64,000 bases of DNA. It comes from Schmidtea nova (Eukaryota). Location: assembly GCA_044892505.1 (NCBI GenBank), contig CM097883.1, positions 314,526,001 through 314,590,000 on the forward strand. Reading direction: 5' to 3'. Positions within the stretch are counted from its first letter, which is position 1. Every line of letters begins with the position of its first letter. This document shows, one piece after another, positions 48,552 to 58,300 of this stretch. The notes below the pieces were generated by a model that saw only the letters and a program-made list of their open reading frames with translations, did no database searches and was not told the origin of the DNA. The position numbers were made by a program, and so were the translations under genes.

Positions 48552-49115
48552 TTATTTATAGTTCAACAATACAGAGGGTCGTATTACATTTAGTAGTTCT
48601 TGCTCGGATAGACCACTGAGCAAGTCTACTTCGATTCCAAGGCGATCTGCATACGCGCGTCTCTCCCTACGCTTTTTCGCTCCCAAGCGATTCCGTCTCT
48701 TTGTTCGTTTCGAGCCTTCCAGAATGATTGGGGATGTTGGGGTAGTTGTGATTGGGATGGTTTCTATCTCCGTTTGGGTACTTGTTGTCATCGATATTGT
48801 GTCCACCCACCTATTAAAGGTGCTAGTCCTGATCACTGGGCGTAATTGCTCGGTGATAAACTCCTTGGTTGATGCCCTCAAGTAATTCGACAGCTCCATC
48901 TTTAGGGCTGCTACCTCCCTAGCTTGCTCGTCGATTGTTCGCTCCGCTCTGTATCGGGCTTGCAGGATAGTTTTAACCCTCTCTGGGTTGAACCACGTGG
49001 CTTTAATTCGCTGGTGCTCTTCGTTTAGTTGACGCAAGCGGTTTTCTAGGACTCGCGATCGTGCTTTATGCTCTTTGGCCTCTTGTTTGTAGTCCCTAGT
49101 CGGATGTTCACTCAT
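48552..49115 (-). CDS. Accessory ORF: coiled coil plus Arg/Lys-rich motif
   Basis: ATG 49115 preceded by TTTTACAGAG. Heptad-rich N-half and KRTKRRNRLGAKKRRERR. The ORF track extends to GTG 49172. Confidence 0.65.
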   Translation of the reverse strand: MSEHPTRDYKQEAKEHKARSRVLENRLRQLNEEHQRIKATWFNPERVKTILQARYRAERTIDEQAREVAALKMELSNYLRASTKEFITEQLRPVIRTSTFNRWVDTISMTTSTQTEIETIPITTTPTSPIILEGSKRTKRRNRLGAKKRRERRAYADRLGIEVDLLSGLSEQELLNVIRPSVLLNYK

Positions 49116-49306
49116 CTCTGTAAAATGTACAATTAATCGGGTTATGTATGGTTTGTCTGTTCTCTCAGTCACTATCTTTATTATTAAACCGGTGTTTCAC
49201 TCTCAGATCACTTCATGCATTCAAAGACATAACAAAACCCAAAAATTAATACATTTATTTTTAATACACCTCTCATCTTTCTTCGAATGATCGATTTCCT
49301 TGCGAT

Positions 49307-49942
49307 TTAGATGAAGGTTCGTAATTCCTGGTCGGCCGTGTTCTCGTCACGACGGATTCCACTTTCGTAGTAGAACTCCGGGGCGGGGCTCCAACTTAAC
49401 TTGTCCCGAAAGATGAATACCTCCCAGAGACGAAGGTCTTTGGGCTCGGGTTGTTGGTCCAACGAAACGCTTCCCGGCGCGTTTGAGTAGGCGAAGACTT
49501 CCCCAGTGTCGCCACACCGAGGCCTGTCTAGCAGCAGGTAACCGAGTTGATGTAGCTCTTTTCCGGACATCATTCCAGTACTTAGTAGCCAGCGGGGCTG
49601 CTGTGCTTCATCCACGAATTGGTAGAACCATCGGGGATTCTCCGGTTTGCTATGATCCGAGGAGGGTACCCAATCAGTATCTCCTTCCCACCGCAACTGT
49701 AGTCCAAACGCGCAAGCTGGGGTGCTAGCGGCTGAGCTCATGTGAGCCCTCATCCATCGTCGTAGGTGGCGACGTGATACTTCTGCGACCTTTCGAGGTG
49801 CTTCGTTCTCTCCTCTGATGTTTATGATCGTATTGGGTCGGATGACGGAGCGGGTGCGCCGTTTCTTACGAAGGATGGTGTCCTCTATCTTTATCGGGTG
49901 CGCGGTCATCGGCTTCTCTTGGAAATTCTCTAGTTTCACCAT
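49307..49942 (-). CDS. Accessory ORF, unknown function (basic N-terminus, Trp-rich globular C-terminus)
   Basis: 211-aa ATG-initiated ORF, GC-richer, with an acceptor-like TTCTTTAG upstream and AATAAA downstream. Confidence 0.65.
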   Translation of the reverse strand: MVKLENFQEKPMTAHPIKIEDTILRKKRRTRSVIRPNTIINIRGENEAPRKVAEVSRRHLRRWMRAHMSSAASTPACAFGLQLRWEGDTDWVPSSDHSKPENPRWFYQFVDEAQQPRWLLSTGMMSGKELHQLGYLLLDRPRCGDTGEVFAYSNAPGSVSLDQQPEPKDLRLWEVFIFRDKLSWSPAPEFYYESGIRRDENTADQELRTFI

Positions 49943-51014
49943 AGTATTTCTAAAGAAGATGGTTGTTTGTTAACTATGGATTCTATGGTATAACGGGCCT
50001 ATTTATATTAGTCAACCCACCCGTTATACTTAATTTTCAACACTCATGTGTAACCACTCAGCTTTAACAGTTTTTATTTATCGATAATACTATTTAATCA
50101 CATTCAATCTCATCAGTCGTTTTCAATTACTTCCTCATCTAACCAGCAATGATCATACCATGTCGGGTAATTCTCGTAAGTACCTGTGATCCGTACACGC
50201 TGGGGTTCATCATTTTATCAGTTCTCAATGCCTGTGATTTATTTATCATCTCTCTTGGCGATTAAACGCGTCTGACAGAGGTTATCGATTACCCTTAACC
50301 CTTGATACTAGGTTCACTATGCCCGAACTCGTAAGCGCTAATGTTGACATATACCTACCCTCGTCGTCACCTAATTCATCGGCACTAATATTATTCACTA
50401 CACGTCTATCCCTCGTCTAGACTTCACCGCGATATATGTCCTTCCTATAAAACGGGTTTCACTTTGCGCTCGTTTACGACTACTAGTTTATACTCGATAC
50501 CCTATCATCGTGATGTATAACGTTTACATTAGATCATCTCTACCTTGATTTCGTTCATGATCATTAGGTCTTACTCGATACCCTATGTGCATTTAACCCC
50601 TTCCGCTTTCCAAATATTTAATACACCTATGGTCCCGCCGCATCAGCACCTCACAACCGAAAGATTGTGTTGCGCTGAGAGGCCCCAAGAATCCGTCAGG
50701 CTGTTAGGCCTCCGGAAAACCTTATGGATTTTAATATGGTTATAAACAATTATGAGGGTTTAAATACATCAATAACATAACTCCAAATTACCTTTTATTT
50801 TCGCTTCGAAATCGGTATTACAACGTTTTCAGTAAGTCACAAGAGCTTACACTTGGTAAAAAATGACATATTCAAATACTGATTTTACTTCAGTATTTAT
50901 ACTGAACCGGTGTTGTTGGTTAGCCAATCAGCATCGAGTATGTGTGTTTGATCATTATTCTGTGTTGCCGGCTTTTTGCTGCCTAACTTAACTCGCCGAT
51001 TTGTTTGGTTAATC

Positions 51015-51320
51015 ATGCGGTAAGTTTATTTTTTGTACGATTTAATTTTTATTTGATTTTGCTTTAGGTCTTCGGTGACATCCGCCCACGCGCTGTCATA
51101 TTCCAATTTTTTCTGCTTCGCATGAGTGAGTTTTGAAGATTTTTGTTGTTTTGATTAATATGTTATTTCTTTTAGATGTTGCCGCCTATTTTGTTACGCT
51201 TTGGTGTTGGTAATTTATTTTGTTGTTATTCTGTATTTAATTTATTTTATTGATTGTACATTATTTTCAGATGCTGCTCGATTTGGCTGGCCCAACATCA
51301 CTCGGGGTCCCCTAAAATTG
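51015..51320 (+). ncRNA. Candidate spliced antisense transcript (three GT-AG introns of 48, 50 and 61 bp)
   Basis: Introns at 51020-51067, 51126-51175 and 51210-51270 with GTAAGT/GTGAGT/GTAATT donors and T-rich ..TAG/CAG acceptors. Only very short ORFs. Confidence 0.5.
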
Positions 51321-51499
51321 CGTCCCGCAATTACATGCATATACCTACCTCAACATACATAAAAAGTTCGTGACAGAATTCACATTCAAAACCACATAAG
51401 GTGGTAGCTTTCATACGCATTTATACAAAGTCACACATTGTCATTGTCGTGTTTTTATTGTCACACAGTTCAATGTTTCTGGCTCATAGGGGTTGATTT

Positions 51500-52024
51500 T
51501 CAGGTCCTTTCACTGGTTGACTGCATTTCGTATCGGGCTTGGATTTGTCGTAGATGACTTCTCATCCTTTGTTGGGTTTTTGCTTCTCTTTTGGCGCATC
51601 TACACATTATCGTTTGTTGTTGTTTGAGGCTTCTGATTCGGTATAGGGTATACGTAATCACGATGATCAGGATGATTGTCAGTATTGTCATTGTGACTAT
51701 TCCCACGATGATCCATCTGTTTCGGATTTCGGATTCGATTTGGGTTTGACCTTTGATTGGCTTTAGGTGATCTTGAAAGGTTTTATGGATTTCTCGGATC
51801 TTCTCGATTTGATCGAATAAGGTTTGTAAGGGTTTGCGATGATCATGACTGATTCGCATTTGTCGGATTAATTGTTTCAAGTCTTCTCTGACTTCGTTTA
51901 ATTGTTTTTCGATCTCCTGGGATATCTCATTTGACGGGGTTCTTTGGATTTCGGTTGTCGTACAGTTCGTGATTGCTGCTGTTAACATAATAGTTAGGAT
52001 TGGTAGGGTTTTGAGCCAGTTCAT
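51500..52024 (-). CDS. Accessory type I membrane protein (signal peptide, coiled coil, TM, basic tail)
   Basis: MNWLKTLPILTIMLTAAITNC signal, heptad ectodomain, TM WIIVGIVTMTILTIILIIVITYTLY. Confidence 0.75.
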   Translation of the reverse strand: MNWLKTLPILTIMLTAAITNCTTTEIQRTPSNEISQEIEKQLNEVREDLKQLIRQMRISHDHRKPLQTLFDQIEKIREIHKTFQDHLKPIKGQTQIESEIRNRWIIVGIVTMTILTIILIIVITYTLYRIRSLKQQQTIMCRCAKREAKTQQRMRSHLRQIQARYEMQSTSERT

Positions 52025-52097
52025 TTCTGATTATTCCACTGATTAATACATGTTACATCGATTTGTACATTTTTATACACGGATTTTTCGCCTCTTT

Positions 52098-53258
52098 TTA
52101 CACATCCGTCTCCTCTGGTTCATGGAACCCTTCATCTTGGAGTTCCATTGGTGGTGGTGGTATAAACGGTAACCACACCACTCTGCTTCGCCACATTGCA
52201 ATTTCATCTTGATACGTTCGAGAGATTTGTATCTCTTCGTCTAACAGATACTCCATGTAGTCTGATTGTTCGCTCAGAGTTTCAATTTGTCTTTCCATCT
52301 CTTCCACTTTTCTCTTCAGGGCTTCTACTTCTGTTGGTTCGGTTTCTATTTCTCGGGTTTCTTTCTCTGCTTTCAGGGTTATTATCTGCTGTTTCAGTTC
52401 CTCATTTTCTTTCGTCAAGTTCGTTATATTTTCCTCATAAGCTCGGTTTGATTCCGCATGCCTTTCTTTCACTGCTTTCAACTCCATTTTCTTTTGGGTC
52501 ACCACCCCTTGATAACCATTTACATCTCTTTCCAGGCTTTCTTTTTCCCTGATCAACTTTTGTCTTTCCGCTTCCTCTTTTTGTCTAATGCCTCGCATTT
52601 CTCCATTTATCATCTGTATTTGCCATTGCGTTTTCTTTAGTTCCTTTGCTTGCTCTCGAATAAATCGTTGCCGTTTTCGACTCCATTCTTTGTTTGCTTG
52701 TTCTTGTCGCTTTCTCTGTTCCAATTCCTCTTTCAATTCGTCTATCTCTTGATACAGTTTCCAATCTTCGCTGTATGCTGTCTTTCTGATTATCTCTTTG
52801 GCTTCTTTATACACTCGTTTAGACTCCATCTTCCAATGTCTCGCTTGAGCCTTGATAGCTAGTATTTTTACCTCCATCTTTTCCTCTTGTTTCTCCCTCT
52901 CTTCTCTTCGCGTTTTCATCATATTTTTATAATGTTCTGCTTGTTTCCTCATCAACTGATAGACATCTTCTATCTTCTGTCGACTTCGTACATTCGTTCC
53001 TTTTAGCTTCTCTATTTGTGTTGTCAGTTGTACTATCTCTTTATTCACTTCCTCGAGTTCTAGTTGGTATAACTCCATTCGTCTCTCGCATTTTAGTTTC
53101 TCGTAGTAATTATTTGTCATCACTTCGTGTAATTCTCTGGTTCTTTGTTCTACTTCCATTTTACATCTCCTTTCGATTTCTCTTTCTATTGTTTCTTGTT
53201 CGTTCAACATCTCGCTTCTCGTTTCATCTTCGATTCCATGTTCATTTGCGTTTTCCAT
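52098..53258 (-). CDS. Accessory long coiled-coil (SMC/myosin-tail-like) protein
   Basis: 386 aa of continuous E/K/R-rich heptads with a C-terminal PPPP. Confidence 0.75.
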   Translation of the reverse strand: MENANEHGIEDETRSEMLNEQETIEREIERRCKMEVEQRTRELHEVMTNNYYEKLKCERRMELYQLELEEVNKEIVQLTTQIEKLKGTNVRSRQKIEDVYQLMRKQAEHYKNMMKTRREEREKQEEKMEVKILAIKAQARHWKMESKRVYKEAKEIIRKTAYSEDWKLYQEIDELKEELEQRKRQEQANKEWSRKRQRFIREQAKELKKTQWQIQMINGEMRGIRQKEEAERQKLIREKESLERDVNGYQGVVTQKKMELKAVKERHAESNRAYEENITNLTKENEELKQQIITLKAEKETREIETEPTEVEALKRKVEEMERQIETLSEQSDYMEYLLDEEIQISRTYQDEIAMWRSRVVWLPFIPPPPMELQDEGFHEPEETDV

Positions 53259-53347
53259 TCTGTAATTTACAAATTTACACTTGTTATACTATATGTTTAT
53301 TGTTGTCGTCGATTTTTACACTTTATTTACAGGGTCGTTCACTCTGA

Positions 53348-54760
53348 CTACTCTAACCATCCTTTCGTTGACTTCGTGTTCATCACTGTTATACTTGCTT
53401 TCTTCTCGATTTCCAATTCTACGTATAGGTTGTCGTCGTACAACATTTCCCACATTGTTTGGTGTGGTATGAATTTTGGTTCTCCAGTCGCTAATGAACA
53501 TTCTGTGGTTGGTCTTTTGTAAGCTTCGTGCTTACCATCAATTTTGAATATTCTCGCTATTGTTTCTTTCGAGTTTCTCACTCTCATTATAGCCTTTGTT
53601 TCTAGTGGCCATTCTAATATGTCGTCGTAACCACCTTTACACAACGCAAAGAATAATGACACATGCGTTTCCTTTCCTGATCCATCTCCATTTGGATAAA
53701 TTCTCATCCGGACTTTGTATCCGTTTTTCCACAGATAGAATGGTGGACTTGTTACCGACACTTGACTTCCTGCTTTTGCTGCTGTGAACTTTTCGTTGAA
53801 GTTCTTGATTTTCCATATATATGGTGCAACAGGTAAACTCTCGATATCCTCCGCATCTCGTATCCACATTTGATGTCGCACGTTTACTTCTTTTACCAAT
53901 GTCTCTATGACTTTGATTTTCTCCATCATTTTCTCTCTGGTGAGCTCGAATTGCTCTCTCGTTTCCAGTAATAACTCCGTCATTATCCTCTGAGATTCAA
54001 TTTCTTTTCCCAGTTTCTGTATGGTTTGTTCCATTCCGTTCAAATTTTCTGTTAGCATCTCGGCGTGTTGTACCGTTTCCGTTTCCAAATGCTCTTTCAT
54101 CTCTTTGTTCGTTTTCTTTACTGCACATCCTTGTTTACTCCATACGCACTTTCTTGGTCTTGATTCGCATTGTTCCCAGTGTTCTCTCAACATCACTTCT
54201 TCTCCGGTTCCGCAATTACTTGGACAAATTCCTCTGAATTTTCCACACACTTTCTCTTCTGCTACGTTGAGATGTTCATTTTCGATTACTTCTCTCGTCT
54301 CTCTTTGTTCGCAGTATTGACACTCTATTATCTCTGCTTTGCACTCATCCTTGTGCTTTTTCGACTGCTTGATGGTTATCGTCTGTTGACACTTTTCACA
54401 TATCGCTTTCTTGTTTTCGCATTTTCCTAGATGTTGTCTTAGCTCGATTATTTGTCCTTTCCATTCACAGGGTTGGTTTATACATTCTGTTTTTATCTTC
54501 CAGATCTCCTTTTGTATTGCTTTGTCGGGTTTTGTCTCGTTGATCAGTAGTTTATCGTCGCACTCTGGGCACTTTCTTGTCTCACTTTCACTGATTATTT
54601 GTAGTATACACTTGGTGCACATCCTGCATCCACATTCCGTTTGTCTCGGTTTTAACATTAAATTTTTACACTTTACACACGTCACATTTACTCCCCATTG
54701 TCGATTCTCTCCTCTTAGAATCTCGATTGTTTGGTAATCTGCTTCGCTTTCTGCTCTCAT
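53348..54760 (-). CDS. TRAF: TNF-receptor-associated factor (RING, TRAF zinc fingers, coiled coil, MATH), intronless
   Basis: CVKC..CGCRMCTKC..CPEC RING, several CxxC..H..C fingers, and MATH YIWKIKNF..SPPFY..GYKVRMRIYPNGDGSGKETHVSLFF..GGYDDILEWP. Confidence 0.93.
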   Translation of the reverse strand: MRAESEADYQTIEILRGENRQWGVNVTCVKCKNLMLKPRQTECGCRMCTKCILQIISESETRKCPECDDKLLINETKPDKAIQKEIWKIKTECINQPCEWKGQIIELRQHLGKCENKKAICEKCQQTITIKQSKKHKDECKAEIIECQYCEQRETREVIENEHLNVAEEKVCGKFRGICPSNCGTGEEVMLREHWEQCESRPRKCVWSKQGCAVKKTNKEMKEHLETETVQHAEMLTENLNGMEQTIQKLGKEIESQRIMTELLLETREQFELTREKMMEKIKVIETLVKEVNVRHQMWIRDAEDIESLPVAPYIWKIKNFNEKFTAAKAGSQVSVTSPPFYLWKNGYKVRMRIYPNGDGSGKETHVSLFFALCKGGYDDILEWPLETKAIMRVRNSKETIARIFKIDGKHEAYKRPTTECSLATGEPKFIPHQTMWEMLYDDNLYVELEIEKKASITVMNTKSTKGWLE

Positions 54761-54849
54761 TCTACAACAATATTTACATCAATTTCCCCATATTTTTGAT
54801 TTTTCTGGTTCTTTATTTACACGTATTTACACAATTTTCCGCTTATTCA

Positions 54850-55200
54850 CTATACATCCTCCGTTGAATCTGGCTCTGGATACACGTCTATCTCATTTAC
54901 AATCCAGCTCGTCCAACTATCCGGTATCTCCTCCTCTTCATGTCTCGTTAATCGATCAATTTCCTCTGCTTGCCAGTTGTTCACTTCATTTAATGTTCGG
55001 TTCTCGTTCTGTAATTCGTTTATCTGTATTTGTTGGATCTCGATTTTGTTCATTGCTTCGAAATTACAGTTATAACTCTCGGTTAATAATTGCGTTTTGG
55101 CCGTCAACTGGCTCTGTAATTCATTTACTGTTCTGGCTAGCAGGTCGCATTGCACTTTCCATCTCGTCATCATCAACATCTCGATATTTTCTTGGTTCAT
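54850..55200 (-). CDS. Accessory small coiled-coil protein
   Basis: 116-aa ATG ORF, Q/E/N-rich heptads, acidic end. Confidence 0.65.
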   Translation of the reverse strand: MNQENIEMLMMTRWKVQCDLLARTVNELQSQLTAKTQLLTESYNCNFEAMNKIEIQQIQINELQNENRTLNEVNNWQAEEIDRLTRHEEEEIPDSWTSWIVNEIDVYPEPDSTEDV

Positions 55201-55326
55201 TGTTTTTCTAGATTATATACATCATTCTCTTTTTTTTCTGTTTTTATGTTTTATAATATTTATACCCACACGTATACGGTTATGCATTGGTTTTTTACAC
55301 TACTATTTACACTCATATTCCACCCT

Positions 55327-58300
55327 CTATACAATCACCACGGGTTTTCCTTCGTACAGTTCTTCGTCCTCGATCTGTACCCACATCTCTTCATGTCTTG
55401 ATCGTCTTTTCAGTTCTTCTCGTACTTCTTTTGGTAGTTTTATGTTATAATTCATGACCTTTACGTCTGGCCATTTTACTGCTATGGTCTTATTTCTCAT
55501 GCCATATCTCCAACATACTATCATGACCATTATCAGTGGAATACACGCTATGAATACTCCCATGCTGATTAATCCCATTATTGTTTTCCCAATGCTCATC
55601 TTCGGAGTTTCACTTTGGTTTGTCATCACGCCATATTGACCTTTCCATTCTGCTTCCCATTGTTCATATTGTTGTTGTCTCTGTCTGACTTCTTCGATCA
55701 CTTTCTCGGGTTCCCATCTTTCTTGTTGATTTTGTAGTATTTCCTCCGTCTCTGTTTGTTCTCTTTTCTGACTCAATTCTCGGAATTCTAACTTGCGGGT
55801 TCCCCCTTTTATCGTTATGTTCCTTGGCGTGTAATAGGTTTCGCACCTTTCTTGTTGATTTCCTTGTGCGTCTACTTCTTCGATTGCACACACTTCGTAT
55901 TCTGCGTTTGTTTTCAACCTCCTCATTTCTACCTCGATTATTTCCCTTTTGTCATTTGATGTCTTTTGACAGTTTCGTGGAGACTCTCTCATACTGTTTG
56001 GCATTAATGTCCAACAGATTTCTAGGACCTTTTTATGGATCTTCCATATTATCAGAGTCGTTGATTCCGGTTCGTTTTTTATTGACGTCCCTTCTGTTGT
56101 CTGTTGAGTTCCTTGACTGTTGGTTGTCGTGGTTCTTCTTGACTTTCTTTTCCTTTGTCGACTTCCTCCCATTTCGATCGTTCTTGTACCGTTAATTTGC
56201 TCTGGCGTCTTGTACAGTCTGCACTCCAGGCTTCTTTGTATTACTTCTCTTATTCTTCGGATTACGCAAATTTCGTAAGCTTGTCCGACTTCGAATCCAT
56301 TTAGTTGAAACGGGATTCCTCGTTCTCTCGTTCTGCATTGCGGTATTATGATGTTGGTCGGTATTCCGATGTATTTTCTCCAACACATCCCAATTGTTCT
56401 CCGACCAATGTTTTTTATCTCCACGGTTACTACTTCATTCGCAATCATTTCTTGATCTTGTTTCTTTCTTTTTGGGAACTCAATTATCTCCTTTGCTTGG
56501 AACACTTTACACTCGCTTGTTCCTGGTCTGTTTCCGTTTGCTGCTTTTTCCATGAGGCATAGTTCACATGTTTTCTCTGTTTCCATTTCAGTTATCTCGA
56601 TTTCCTCGTTTGTCTCTGCCTCTCGACTTTCTCTTGTTTCGCTGATTCCAATTACCTCATTGTTTCGTCCCCAACATCTTCCGTTCGTTGTTCGTTGGTC
56701 TTGGATATTTACTAACGTCATCACGCTGATATCTATGTCCTCTATGATTCTCTTAATGAGGATTAATATTAATGCTACACATATCAATTCTGGTTGGAAT
56801 GTTAATTTGCCCGCTGGATTTTTGGTTATTCTTTCTTTCTCTGTTCGGTTTCTGATTCCCTCTTCTGCTTCGGTTTGATTCTCCCCTTTCTCTGGTTCCA
56901 CTTCTGTTCTTCTCGTTGTCTCTTCGCTTCTTTTCTCAATCCATTTCTGTATCTTCAGCGCTTCTGTTGCTTTGTATAGTTGACATGCAGTTACTTGAGG
57001 TGCTTTTGGTTCTCCTCTCTGCTTTACTGCGCATATTATGTATGACTTTTCTTTCTCCAACCCTTTGATTTGGATGACGTCTCGCTTCAAATCTGACAAT
57101 ATACACTTCAGCGTATCGTTTTTCCCCAGGTTTTCTTTCCAGCATATTCTTTCGTATACTTCATTTCCTCTAATTATCTCTAGCGTGACGTATTGTTTCT
57201 TGGCTTCTCCTTGTCCGATGATTGTTAACAATATCGCAATACACAACATTTCCGGTCTTAAAAGTAGACTTCCTGTTCGTTTTCCATAGTTCGTACTTTC
57301 GTCTTTTGTTCCTCTGTTTTCTCGTTCTTCGGCTTCTCCTTTCTTGTCGTTTCTCGTTGGCTTCGGTTCTTCTTGTCTTTCTTTTTCATTATCCTCCGTT
57401 CTTTTGTTGTCATTGTCTTCGTTGTTCTCTTCGTTGTTACTTTTGTCGTCGAAGTCTTTGTAACCACCCCCTGGTCCTTTGAAAATGTCGTCCTCGACAT
57501 TAATTTCTTCAATCAATCTTTCATACGCTTGAACCGCGAGTGTGCTAGACTCGAATTCACGTATTTCCATATCCTTAGATGGTTCTATGTCTTCTAGTCT
57601 ACTTTGCTTGATTGCTCCTTTGGCATTTGCCCATTCATTCACATATTTTCTGAACAAGTCTTTCCATCTTCCCGTTCGTTCCTGTTCCTTTGGATTGTTC
57701 GTGAATTTCAAATCTCTTCTCTTCAGGAATTCTTCAACTATCTCTGGCTTTTTGTGTCTTAATAACGCGCTTCTGATACACCAATTCTGATTCTGTTCCA
57801 TATGGTCATTGATCTTGAACGTTGGTTCCTTGGTTATCGGATTCACCCATGTTAGTAATGCTCTCGTTTTCTCTATGTCGTGTATCATTACTGTTAGACT
57901 GAAGTTCTTTACGTTATTCGCCAGGTATTCGATATCGTCTTGCTTCTTGATGGACTTTATGAACTTGATCATCTCGAAGTTGTTCCACTGTATTGCGATG
58001 TCTATGATGGAATTATTCTTTCCATTTTTCCCTTCGATTTTTGCTCCTGCTTCGTATAACTCGTTTAGCACTTTGCAGTTCGTCTTCTTCCTCGCTGCGA
58101 TTATCATGATTGTGTCTCCGTTATCATCAACCGTGTTCATGTCTGCTTCGCATTTGACCATCGCTTTCGTTATTTCCAGCACTTCGTTTTCTTTCTTTCG
58201 ACGTAATGCCCAGTGTATCGGTAGTCTTCCATCCTTTGATAAAAGGAATGCTACTGGCATTTGGTTCTTGATCGTTTCTATGTCACTCTCGTTATAATCC

